A stretch of DNA of 58,410 bases, filler included, from Sphacelaria rigidula (lineage: Eukaryota): NCBI GenBank assembly GCA_964200075.2. It is 10 parts of 10 records of this genome, joined end to end, with 100 filler letters (N's around TTAATTAATTAA, not from the genome) between each part and the next. Parts side by side here need not be neighbours in the genome. Positions count along the whole stretch, not along the records: positions 23,405 to 29,155 come from CAXNAA020024742.1; positions 29,256 to 35,006 come from CAXNAA020024743.1; positions 35,107 to 40,857 come from CAXNAA020024744.1; 7 more parts are not named here. The stretch is one strand, 5' to 3'. Below are positions 25,464 through 37,287 of this stretch, one piece after another. The position numbers and the translations under genes are program-made. Within the stretch, counting starts at the first letter, position 1. Every line of letters begins with the position of its first letter. The notes beneath the pieces are model-generated. The model saw nothing but the letters and a program-made list of their open reading frames with translations, was not told the origin of the DNA and did no database searches.

Positions 25464-25879
25464 AAGAGCGCGTGAGGAGGGGAAGGGGGCAGGGGGGGGG
25501 GGGGGGGAGGGTAGCATTCATGGCTGGTATTATATACCTGTTTTTTGCAAGGGCAGTGTGCATGGATGCCTTGTTTGGGGGCGCTGTTCTGTTGGTGGAG
25601 AGATGGATATCTACGCGAGGGCTAGGTTACAGGAACTGGTTTGCGTGGTGTGCCTATTACCCTTGAGGCAGAATGCTTGTCGGGTGGTGTGGCAGCTGCG
25701 TCGACTTTGCTTCACGTCTTTTCACGTAGTAGGTTTGAGGGATTCGACTTTTTTTTTTTTCAGTGGATGGAGTTTTAAATTGCCGAAAATGAAAACGTTT
25801 TTTGTAGATAGGTGATTTGGAAAAAAAGAATAATGAACTGCTGGGTTCAGTGAAGTTGACCCCCCTTATTTTATTTCGA

Positions 25880-26223
25880 TGTGTGTGTTGTCGTCCCATC
25901 TATTCTGGACGCCGGTCTACACCTTTCGGTATATGTGGGCGCGCACCAGCCGGGGTCACACAGGAGGAAGGTCAACACAGGAGTTTTTTCTTCGCTTGTT
26001 TGTTTTTAGTACTCCATCTTCCTTGTGCGATGCTTGCCTTTGTTTTTTATCGCGACAGGGGTACAGCAGTCCCTTTCCCTCGTCCACCGTTAAATCGAAT
26101 TTTGTGTACCCACGACATAGTCGCTCTCCACTGTTGGGCATGGTGTGAGAGAAAATTCCAAATCGCTCCGAGAATTGAACCCACGACCCAACCGTCAGGA
26201 GGTTCCGAGGTTACCAACTGAGC
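25880..26223 (-). mobile_element. tRNA-derived SINE (family C)
   Basis: Minus-strand head GCTCAGTTGG (A box) ... GGTTCAATTC (B box), conserved 3' domain and (CA)n tail. Copies at 35304-35645 and 46809-46921. Confidence 0.85.
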
Positions 26224-27873
26224 GGTAGACGAAATATCATTTTGATTTCCATGTTGAGTATACGTGCCAATCACGGCGAAAATATTTTCGTGACTTGCCT
26301 TGGTGTTTAAAATTCCCCTCTGCAACGAAGATCCCACGAACGTACACACAGCTTTTGTCATACTCTACTGTGCGCAGTCATGCGGTGCACGGCCTTGCCA
26401 GAAAGGGAGTGATGCATGACGCCGACAGTAGTGGTCGCTACTCGTTCGAACGTTTCGTGCATTTGATCTCGAATCGATCGCGCATGGCGTCATGGGGTGG
26501 CGAATGCGATAAGGTGGGGGCAGGGGAGTGCTTATATGAATGCTGGGGCGTGAATGAGTGGAATCCAACCGATGAAACAGTTTTCCGGGCTGTTGAGGTT
26601 AGGCCGCTTCTTACAGCAAAATGGGGGGGGGAAAAAGCTGGAAAAATGTTTTTCATGAACTTCGGCGTCGTTTTACGCCTCAAAAGAGAGCGAGATGGAT
26701 ATTGACCCCCTTGGAATGCCTTGCGGTACTCGTTGAGACGGTTCCAGTACACCTGGGCGTTTTTTCCGTTGGCCGCAGTCTTTTTCTTGTCCAAACTTGA
26801 AACTTACATCTTTCTCGGAGACCGCTTATTTTTCTCGGAGACCGGTCAAGTCTAGATGATTTTCCTCCGTTGGCCACAGTTTTTCCTTGTCCATGTTTGA
26901 CCGAACCCAAAGCAGCCACTTTCCTGCTGCTCTTGAGAGTCCTTTACATTGTGTGGGATGGGTTGAAAAAGTGGGACTGTCTAATTTTTACAACCCTTGT
27001 GAATTTCGGTGTTTTTACGAGGTGATTGTACAGACGCCGCAACAGTCAGTACAGACAGCATTAGAGCAACGAAAGCTAGCTTTGATCGGGTTTGTCTGGC
27101 GTTCTGTCGCCAGCGTTGCTTGAAAGCCAAGAGACCTTTGCGGTCGGCGGTTGATGGCGTGGGTGTAGATGCAACGGCAAGTGGTTGATCAAAGAGCACT
27201 CTTGTTTCTCGGGAAACACATCTCGCCCCGGCCTGTAATGAATGCCCTCCTTACTTGGGAATTGTCGAAACCACCGCGACACACCCAGCGGGTAGGTGGG
27301 TGCTCAAGATTGCAGCATGCGTCGCGCCAGTAACAGTTGGGTCATCACCATAGGTACCTTTCTTCACTCTGCATGACAAGGTCTCCACAAGTGTTTGATT
27401 TCTCGTACATTCCCACAATTGGCGTGTGGCACGCTCTTCTTGTCGTCCCGCACTCAGAGGGTCACATGTCGGGTAAAATCAACGATGAATAAATCCCCCC
27501 GAGTTGCGATTAGATCTGTTGCCGCAGCACCGTCCTTGTTGGCATGTGTTTGACAGAGAACAGTAGCCGTGACGGGAACATCGCCTTGTTTTTCAACGAC
27601 ATCCTGCAGCGCGCAGAGGCACATCCTGTCCAAAAAAAGAGGCAGAGAGAGATCGATCTCTGCATTCGTAAGCTCCAAACACAAGAAGAGACAACACCTC
27701 GTCACCTCGATGACCTTTGGGGAGGCGCGCAGCAATAACCTACCTGGTTACCGGCATATGAGAAATTGGGTACATGCTGGTAAGATGCATGATGCCAGTC
27801 TCTCGAGCGATTGGGAATCGCCGAGCGAAGACGCATACAAACGATACGGGCAAGGAGCTTCCCCTCTGCCGTT

Positions 27874-28316
27874 AACACGGGATCTTACAAATTGGGGATG
27901 GATCTTTTATTGGGGATGGGAAACCCGGAGAATTAAAATCTTCGTGTCCACGCCAAATCTTCGAAATACGGTCCCATTTCTTTATTCACTGATAGCTTTT
28001 GACAACTGCTACACGCCATAGAAATTTGGATTTCGATCACCGAATTGTTCGGGTCCTAGGTGATTTTTTTGGGGGGGGGGGAATTCCGGGTGTCCGAACG
28101 GACGCCAAAATGGTTCCGATTTTGTTTTTCACCTAGGACCCCAACATTTTGGTGATTGAAATCCAAATTTTTATGGTGTATAGCAGTTGTCAAAAACTAT
28201 CAGGAGGCGAAGAAATGGAAGCATATTTCGAAGATTTGGTGTGGATACGAAGATTTTAATTCTCCGGGTTTCCTATCCCCAATAAAAGATCCATCCCCAA
28301 ATTAAGATCCCGTGTT
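27874..28316. mobile_element. Complete fold-back MITE family A (443 bp, ~200-bp TIRs)
   Basis: AACACGGGATCTT...AAGATCCCGTGTT, flanked by the direct repeat CGTT on both sides. Confidence 0.95.
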
Positions 28317-29155
28317 CGTTACTCCTCCGGTGGTATCGTCATCGACACGCGTGTGCACCGCAGTCGTTCGGTGCACCTAGCTACAACTGTTTGACTGCTG
28401 TAATTTTTTGGGAAGATGGTTTCCCTTGGTGTAACTGTTTCGCGCCATTCTTGAAAAAACGATATGCCGCTTGAATCCCATTTTAGTGTTCAATCCCAAT
28501 AATTACAATCGTCTGTTACTCTCAGTTTGGCGAAAATGTTTTTGGTGTACTTGGACCTCGCGAGGACGGTTTGATCTCCCCCGAGATTGCTTGACCTGCT
28601 ATACTGTTGCGTTGTGTTCCGCTCCGTACGATATCTTCATAGTCGGCACGCAGCACTTCTCTTGACAAAGTTGAAAATGCAATGTGTGTTTGTTGGATGT
28701 GTGCTTCGCAACGAACGAGGCGCTTCGTGCCCAGACCAACAGTTTCTGTGCTGTAGCTGACATTGTAATGTGGTGCGTTTGAACCCTGCGAAGACGGTTT
28801 GATCTGCTCTGGGGACTGTCTAAACTCCTGTACTCTTTTTGTCACCCGCTCGGCCAGAGAATTGTAGTCAACACGCAATCCTCTACACACTGTCGAGTAC
28901 CTCATGGTAGTATGATGGCTGTTGCGCTTCCTGTAAACGAATAACAAGGAGCTTCGTACCCAGACTCATCATTTAGTAGTTATATGCTGACGTAGTTGCC
29001 GCTGTATCGTGGTGCGTTTGAGCTCTACGAGGGCGATTTGATCTGCGGTGGGCATCGCCCATTAACAGCCGATTTTCGAAAATGGGGTTGAAAAAAAAAT
29101 GAGGTTCAACTCAAAAGTCGTGCTTTCCCCACCCTCAACTAATGACAAAGGACTT

Positions 29156-29255
29156 NNNNNNNNNNNNNNNNNNNNNNNNNNNNNNNNNNNNNNNNNNNNT
29201 TAATTAATTAANNNNNNNNNNNNNNNNNNNNNNNNNNNNNNNNNNNNNNNNNNNN
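29156..29255. other. Artificial contig spacer
   Basis: N44-TTAATTAATTAA-N44. Confidence 0.99.
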
Positions 29256-29678
29256 ATAATCGAAACTGTCGCATAGAACAGAGACCAATCCCAAAATAGG
29301 TCTACTGTCTGGAGTGCTGTTCAAAAGGTGTATTCTGCAATAATACGAGGTTTGTGCTGGCGGATGCTGAATTATAAGGGATGTACTCTGACGGATGCCG
29401 AACTTGAAATGAAATATAAGGATTCGTGTAGCCAAGGCGCCACCGTCGCAGAGTGGTCTTAAAGCGAGCGAAACGGGTCTATTGCAAATGCACCAAAGAA
29501 ACAGACAGTATCACTCGAGACCAGTCGACCCGACAACGACACACCAGCAGTCTCAGTAGTACAGTAGTTCCTCGCACTTGATCGACTCTTTCCGCCCACC
29601 ACCCTATCGCTGAAGGGAGGGAGGCACCGGGGTGCGGGTTATATGGATGAAGTGACGGGGGGGGGGGGGGGGGGGAAG

Positions 29679-30120
29679 AACACAGGATCTTACAAATTGG
29701 GGATGGATCTTTTATTGGGGATGAAAAACTCGGAGAGTTAAAATCTTCGTATCCAAACAAATCTTCGAAACATGGTTCCATTTCTTCACCTACTGATAGC
29801 TTTTGACAACTGCTACACGCCATACAAATTTGGATTTCGATAAGCGAAACGTTGGGGCTTTAGGTGAAAAACCAATTTTGGGGAATTCCGGGTGTCGGAA
29901 CGGACGCCAAAATGGTTCCGGAATTGGTTTTTCACCTATGACCCCAACATTTCGGTGATCGAAATCCAAATTTGTATTGCGTGTAGCAGTTGTCAATAGC
30001 GATCAGTAGGTGAAGAAATGGAACCATGTTTCGAAGATTTGTTTGGATACGAAGATTTTAATTCTCCGAGTTTTTCATCCCCAATAAAAGATCCATCCCC
30101 AATTTGTAAGATCCCGTGTT
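29679..30120. mobile_element. Complete fold-back MITE family A (442 bp)
   Basis: Near-perfect ~200-bp TIRs. Flanks are GAAG and TAAG. Confidence 0.95.
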
Positions 30121-30296
30121 TAAGAGTGGCCAACCGCAAGGGCGGGCCAATATTAAGTACAACAGTAGTCTCGGGTTAACCCGGTAGTTTCCCAACTACA
30201 AAAACGTGGTCTTGTCTTGCAGTTTTGTTTGTGTTAGTTTCCGTCTTTTCTACACCCTCAATAATAAATAATCCACAATTCTTGAGCCAAAAGCAA

Positions 30297-30620
30297 AGTA
30301 AGCATATCACTGTGAAGTGTAGACCAACCTGGTAACACACGGCACCGCCGCTGAAATGAAAAAAATAATTGAAAAATAGTGTACTGCATAATGCATGACC
30401 TTAACGACGGGCGAAAAAAAGAGAATATCTCGGGATTCGAACTCATGACCTCCATAATTGGAGTCTTCCATGACTTGATTTATAGGGGTGCAGCAGCGTC
30501 ACGGAAAATCTTGAACGCACGGCCCAATTCGACAAGTCCTGAGCTGAATTTTCAGGTAGGTCTTCTGCACCCAAGGGACTGATGATACTTCATGCCAGCA
30601 ACTGAACATTATCCCTTTTT
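30297..30620 (-). repeat. ~330-bp repeat with a B-box-like motif, copy 1
   Basis: Direct duplicate at 32320-32660. Minus strand reads GGTCATGAGTTCGAATCCC. Confidence 0.7.
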
Positions 30621-30732
30621 TCCCTGAACTTAGACCACTTTGTACGGCAGTCGAAAAAACGGATCTGTACGCAGATTAGGGGACTCAGATCCGGAAACGC
30701 TTTGTATCAAGGGTAGGTCGAGTAGAGTATAC

Positions 30733-30940
30733 TTAACCCTTGGACCGCGAGGTTAGTCTTTCTGGACGATGCATACTTTTTTCAAGTGAAATTGATGCCG
30801 ATTCAACAGGTGACCTACTCTCGCTGTCCAAGGGTTAACCCTTGGACCGTGAGATTAGTCTTTCTGGATCATGCACACTTTTTTTCACTTGAAATTGATG
30901 CCGATTCAGCAGAAGACTAACCTCGCGGTCTGAGGGTTAA
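30733..30940. mobile_element. Two tandem 98-bp piggyBac-type MITEs sharing a TTAA
   Basis: TTAA at 30733, 30835 and 30937. Each unit runs CCCTTGGACCG...AGGG. Confidence 0.88.
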
Positions 30941-32319
30941 TTGCGAGGTATTTTGAAAGTCGATTTAGACTACACAAACTGGGGGTAGAATTCCAGGAAT
31001 CGCTTCCCATCTATTTTGTGAGTACGACTCGTAACACTCTACCCTAATTTGAGTACCCCAAGTATGTCTTTCGAAATACCCTGCAATTGAGTATACTCTA
31101 CTCGACCTGCCCTTGCATTGTATGGACCCCAATGTGGCCCAAATCGGGGAAGCTCAGATTCGTTTGTCACGATTTGAGAACGGTTTTGCACGAATCTGAG
31201 CGCAGATCCGTGGAAAATCGAGGTCCCCCGAATATGTAGCAACTGACGTACGTATGTTGACGTACAATGATAGGGCAACAGGCGTTTGGTACTTTTGCAA
31301 CAACAGCAGCAGACAGTCTCGTGACAGCACAGACAGTGTCTGCGAGCACCGGCTGCTGGAGCAGCTCCGCACCGGGTTTGACAAGGGGTCAAGAAGTGTT
31401 GACGCCGTACCTGCGGTGATGGCAATTTTTTATGCTGTACTGTGTACTGCTGTATGTAGCATCATAACGAACGGTACTGTACTATCCTACACACTGCTGT
31501 CACAGTACTTGCAGGGTGATGAATGACACCGCACTCGTGAACTCTTGTCGCACACTGTGCACTGTTCTCGCAATACCGACTGTACCATGTTGAGGTGAAC
31601 AGACTTTTCAGTGCAGTCTGCAGTACTGACAAACCACGGTACAAAGGTACCCGTCTTTACTCGACATAGTCAGTTACATGCGGTAGGATTTGCTAACATA
31701 GTAGGCGTATGTTTTGTACCTACGTACGCAATGTTTGGTTGTCATGGTGTTGGGATAGCCACACCCAGTCACTTCGTTCTCTTCCTTCTTTTCCTTTCTT
31801 GACTTGCTTTGTCAAGCCATGTAATACTACTCTTCTATATCAACATGATCGGTTCAGCCGTGTCCTCTGATCGACTTCACCAGTCGTGTCCAGCTGTCCC
31901 TGTTTACGGATCACGTGTCAAGGAATATACCATCATGTATTATCGCAGGGCATTATCGTGTACTGTGATTATGCAGTATGCTTCACAATATTATACCTTA
32001 GGGTACCACGGTACGATGCTGCTCTTGAAGGATGATTCCCTGCCCCCCTGTTCTTCGGCTTCACTGTGATACCACATCCGCGCCCAGAAAATGATCGTTT
32101 GTGTACAGAACAATTTCAACATAATATCTGTGAAGCCATACAGGGGTACACACGAATCTGAGTTTCATGAATCTGGGTCTCCCCGATTTGGCACAGATTC
32201 GAGTCCCGCCAGATTCGGGATTGGCTGCCATACAAAGTGGTCTTACGAGCTGGACCATCTTAAAAGCTGCTAAAACTTGCTCACGCCACAGCTTCCCCAT
32301 TTTCCCGAATGAACCCGAT

Positions 32320-32660
32320 GTAAGCATATCACTGTGAAGTGTAGAGAGCAACCTGGTAACACACGGCACCGCCGCTGAATGAAAAAATAAAATGGAAAAA
32401 ATGTACTGCATCATGCATAACCTTAACGACGGAAGAAAAGAAAGAGGATATGTCGGGATTCGAATTCACGACCTCCGTAATTGAAGTCTCCCATCACTTG
32501 ATTTATACGGGTGCAGCAGCGTCACGGAATTTTTCTTTTTTAATGTTGAACGCACGGCCCAATTCGACGAGTCTTGAGCTGAAATTCCAGGAAGACCTTC
32601 TGCCCGCAAGGAACTGATACTTCACGAGTCCAGCTACAGATTCTCCTTTTTTTCCTGGAT
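32320..32660 (-). repeat. ~330-bp repeat with a B-box-like motif, copy 2
   Basis: Homologous to 30297-30620. Confidence 0.7.
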
Positions 32661-32998
32661 CTCTGGCAGTATGTTGTTTTTGCTGTAATTTCAAATGCAC
32701 ATATATATTTTTTTTGCTGAACCCGTGATCTTCTGCATTTCGATCATGAAAAGCTGCTGTCAAAATTCAGGGTCCAACTCCTAACATCGCGCCGTGCGTC
32801 GCCTGAGCGATACTCACGCCTGTTCTTGGCTGGCCCAGCTCGTACGACATTATCTTTTCTTTGCTGAAATTTCAAATGCCCGTAATATTTTTCTTTCTTC
32901 CTTTGCTGCTGCCGTGATCTTCTGCATTTCGATCATAAAAAGCTGCTGTCACAATTTCAGCGTCCAACTACTAAGCGCCTGTCTTATTATTATTAGCC

Positions 32999-33157
32999 CA
33001 TGAGTTCTCGATCGAAAAAGTGCGGTTGAAAACAAAAAATCTGATCTGATAGATCGTGATTTCAACCATCTTCAGAACATACGACAATGGTTGAAATTAC
33101 GAACCATCAGATCAGGATGTTTGTGTTCCACCGCACTTCTTCGATCGAAAACTCATG
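32999..33157. repeat. Imperfect hairpin or small MITE (71-bp arms, 17-nt loop)
   Basis: Arms match at 61 of 71 positions without gaps. Confidence 0.85.
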
Positions 33158-34897
33158 TGCCAAGACAGGGCCTAATATCCAGCCGTGCGTCACCCGAGCG
33201 AGATTCACACCTACCTTTGGCTGGCCCAGCTCGCGTTTGTTGTCCGGGCCTGGTCTGGGCTTCATTTCCTTTTCTTCGCTTTCTAGAGTCCAGAACAGTA
33301 TAGCAGCAGGGGAGCTAGAAGAAAGATCCACAGCCAACATCGATTGTACTATTTCAAAAGCACCGCCAAGTCATGAAGCAAGCTCACTGTGTACCTTCGA
33401 AAGGAAGCGGCGCTCTAATATACACGCAAGAGAGAGACATGTTTACGTCAGCTGTCTGATGTCCCGTGTGTAGAGGGCCTGATCGTCTCCGCCGTCGTGC
33501 CTCAACAAATTTCTGTCGCCGTACCGACTGTATCTGTACCGCAAGATGCGCCAGCCCTGGCCAGTCAATACCAGCCAGTGGGCACTCTATGTGTGGGTAC
33601 TACCGGTACAGCACGGATCAACACAAGTCACTCAGATCAACAGCACGACAGCCAGCAAACGGGAGCCTGCAGCATTCATGCGAGTGCCGTCCTTTCTCGG
33701 CGTATGTGCCGTCCGGGCAGCATGAAACAATGGACAACGACGACGATAGGACGATTGTTTCTGGATTCGTATTCGTATCCAAAGCTTTGCCGGATGCAGC
33801 AGCAAGCTGATGAACGCTAATGGAGACTCAAGACTGAAACGCCAACCGCGGCCCTGCAACCATATACCGCGGATGTGGCGATGCTCAAAGCGAACGTCGG
33901 GCAAACCAATGATTATCCGTTTACAAAACAACCAAGCACCGCTTGTGAGGTCGTTGTTGTCCTGGACACCACCCCGCCGCGGCCCGGTAGGCCCCAGGCT
34001 GGGAAAGGGTATGTGTAAGGCCGCTGCTTGCGGCGAAGACTACTGAAAAAATCTGAAAAACTCCCTTTGGGGGGGGTATCCTGCATCGTTATACTTTTTG
34101 ACGCCCTAGAGGAGGGTCAACGCTGATTTTGACACCATGCCTTGCTGCATTCGTTGGGGCGGTTCCAGGTCACATCAACATTTTGCGTTTTCCGGTGGCG
34201 GCAATGTTTCTTTTGCCAAACTTCAATTTTTTTCGGGGCCGGTCATTTTCTTGGGAGACGGGTCAAATCTATCTATAACAACAGCAAAAATCCATGCTGT
34301 ACAGTACTCTTTGAGACGGTTTCAGGGCACCTTGGCGGCCCGAGGAGTACAGCAAGGCATTCCAAGGTGTCCAAACCCGCTTAGCAGTCCTCTTCCACGG
34401 TGTAAAACGACGCAGAAGGTCCAAAAAGGCAATTTTCCATATGTTTATTCCCCTGCTTGCCGCAAAAAGCGGCCTGATGCGTACTATCCATACAGTGACA
34501 AGTAACGACCTCATAGGCAGGATGCCCGACCGTCGACGTCTTTGCATATCCACTATTAAAGTATAGTTTGCCACTACTACTGTCTTGTGTACTGTACTCT
34601 CTGTGGTGGAATCAGTGCGGCAGTGTTGTACCCTACACCGCAACCTACACGGGTGGCCACTATGCACCTTACGGATACGCTCTGAAGTAGGTGTAGCCTA
34701 CCCGTATGGAGGTGCTCAGTGGCCACATGTGATACTGCCGGTTGTCCGAGCCAGACTGGTAGATAATACTGCTCTACTACATAACAACAGTCACTGTACG
34801 TTACGAGTAAATGGCAGCGAAAACAAGTTTGGCGACGGGTGGGCAGACCTGTCATAATATCATGTTCGCGCCGGCCGCGAGTACAATCTGTGCGTAC

Positions 34898-35006
34898 CTT
34901 GAAGCGGAATGTACTGCCTGCGGCACCTCCTCCGACTTTCTTGTCATCGGTAGGCGAGAAGCCATCGTGGAACTCTTTGAAGAGTGCCTGTCCGTCCTTC
35001 AGCTCC
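34898..35006 (-). CDS. Partial exon cut by the segment end (ELKDGQALFKEFHDGFSPTDDKKVGGGAAGSTFRFK), unknown protein
   Basis: Open GC3-rich frame ending at AAG|GTACGC donor. Confidence 0.65.
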
Positions 35007-35106
35007 NNNNNNNNNNNNNNNNNNNNNNNNNNNNNNNNNNNNNNNNNNNNTTAATTAATTAANNNNNNNNNNNNNNNNNNNNNNNNNNNNNNNNNNNNNN
35101 NNNNNN
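35007..35106. other. Artificial contig spacer
   Basis: N44-TTAATTAATTAA-N44. Confidence 0.99.
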
Positions 35107-35303
35107 AAAGCACTGTTTTGGGCTTGAACCTCACTTCAAAGTTAAACCTCAATTCGCACAATTTGTTGTTAATATCAACTTATTATAGTGCACTGGAGCA
35201 AAGCTTGCAGGCGAATATTTCGGCGATTGCCTCACCTGCGTTCACGGTTGGGTACATTTTACATACATTATAATGCAGGGACAACACTGGGGTGAATTGC
35301 ATC

Positions 35304-35645
35304 GCAGTTGGTAACCTCGAAACCTTCTGGCGGTTGGGTCATGGGTTCGAATCTCGGAGTGATCTGGACTTTGTTTCTCATGCCCAACAGTGGAGAACGA
35401 CTATGTCGTAGGTACACAATAACATTCGACTTCACGGTCGACGAGGGAAAGAAATGCTGAATCCCTCTCACGATAAAAAATAAAGAGGCAAGCACCGCAG
35501 ATTGAAGGTGGAATACTAAAATGAAACAGAAAAAAAAAAAACTCCTGTGTTGATCTTCCTCCTGTGTGACCCTGGCTGGTGCGCCCACCTACACCGAAAG
35601 GTGTAGACCGGCGTCCAGAATAATAGGTGGGACGACAACACTCGA
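35304..35645 (+). mobile_element. tRNA-derived SINE (family C)
   Basis: CAGTTGGTAACC...GGGTTCGAATCTC head. Colinear with the reverse complement of 25880-26223. Confidence 0.85.
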
Positions 35646-36515
35646 CAATACTACGAGTTAGCCCATATATATGCTACTTCAACTGTACGGCGCAGTCATT
35701 TTAGTGCCAATACTATTTTCAAGAGGTTATATATCAGCACTAATAAGCTCGAGGTAGATTTTTTTATCAGTCAACTCAAGGATCTGTCAAAAACAAATTT
35801 CTGGACACGTGGGCCCCAAGATCGAAAGTTCAACTTTTCGAGGTGGGGGGGGGGGGGGCAGCTCCTGCCCCCTGGTTTATTGACGAGGCGTTGGCGGGTG
35901 CGGTCAGTTACCGTCTACAGATATCCTTGGCATGAAGATCGATGAAATGGCGGACACGCCATTCCCTCAACCTCATATCACTTACCACGATTACGTTTAT
36001 TATGGGATCGCGTTCCGTGTCGTGGGCCTCGGGTACCCACCAGTAGCCCGGGCAAGTTTGGCGAGGCGTGAGATAAAGTTGCTACTTTGCCCGCTGGCTG
36101 TCGCTACCGTGCGCTCGTGTGCATACACGTGTGTGAGGGTGGCCAGCATCCGAGGTCATCGGGACAATTGAGTGGGCAAGGAGCAGAATCAAATACACGG
36201 ACCTCGCAAAGCCCACCAGAATTTTCGGATTTTGTCAGTGTTTCCTCTGATAGATTTCTTCAATAATATAGTGCTACATCATAATATTGTTCCCCCTCTG
36301 TCAAAAAAATAAAAACCATATCCCAACAAACATCTATCTATTCAGTGGAAGTTGCCAGCATGTCATACACGAGTTAATATTTTAGCCTTTGGCGTGGTAA
36401 CGTCTTATATTCTGTTCGTGTGTGTTTGTGTGCTACCACGGATATCCTTTAGGAGCCTTAGCTCAGTACGACCCAGATTAGCTAGCTTTGCTCGGATCAC
36501 TTTTCAATTAAATAT

Positions 36516-36790
36516 TGTTTGAGGATGGATGGTCGAGAAGGTTGGGATAGGATGAACTTTGCTTTTTTTTGGACAAGGTGAAGATAATATAATAAGTTAA
36601 TTTTATTGATTAGTTAAAGATTGTTTGAGGATGGATGGTTGGGAAGGTTGGGATGGGATGAACTTTGCTTTCTTTTGGACAAGATGAAGATAATATAATA
36701 AATATATCATATTAATTAATTAAAGATCGTTTGAGGATGGATGATTGGGAAGGTTGGGATGGGATGAATTTCATTGACAAAACAAAAGTA
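36516..36790. repeat. ~105-bp tandem repeat, about 2.5 copies
   Basis: GTTTGAGGATGGATG...GAAGGTTGGGAT.GGATGAA recurs near 36518, 36623 and 36729. Confidence 0.85.
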
Positions 36791-37209
36791 ATGACAATTT
36801 TCGAAAAATTTCCCTCCGGGAGGGGGGAGGAGGCTCCGTGTCCGAAACTCTTCTTCCGACAGACCCCTGGTAAACTACGTTCTTGTCTGCTCCCGTGCTC
36901 ACACCTTCGACGGTGTAAACCAGATACTTGGAAAAATAAAAAGCAACGCATCGGGGATCGAACCCATGATCTCTCCACCATAAAGTTAACCATCGGGTTA
37001 TGGGACCACCGGGGTGCGGAGACATCATTGGGGCCTTACACAATCTGACGGCCATGGGGTAGATCATTATATGCCCATAAAATGCCCACTAATACGGACA
37101 ATGGCCACTCGTGTCGGATCAGCTATCGTGTGAAGTCGACCTGCAAGGTGTTGCCCAGAAGAAGCACCGAATCGGCTTCATCTGCGATGAGGTGGGCGGG
37201 ACCACCCAC

Positions 37210-37287
37210 CGTTCAATTCCTTGACGAAAGCAACGTCGACCAACTGAGCGAGAAAGGGACGAAACGCGGCCATTTTCGGACTGACTT
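37210..37287 (-). CDS. Candidate exon (VSPKMAAFRPFLAQLVDVAFVKELN), possibly a first coding exon
   Basis: AACAG| acceptor, G|GTGGGT donor, internal AAAATGG start context. Confidence 0.3.

Noticed and set aside
35304..35365. tRNA genes here and near 26160-26223, 30430, 36955 and 50225
   Set aside because: Only A/B-box or T-arm motifs without a full cloverleaf, embedded in repeats.
35545..35640. HDV-like ribozyme in the SINE C 3' domain (CCTCCT...GGCTGG...TGGGAC resembles HDV)
   Set aside because: P3 does not pair and the upstream P1 and P2 partner strands are missing.
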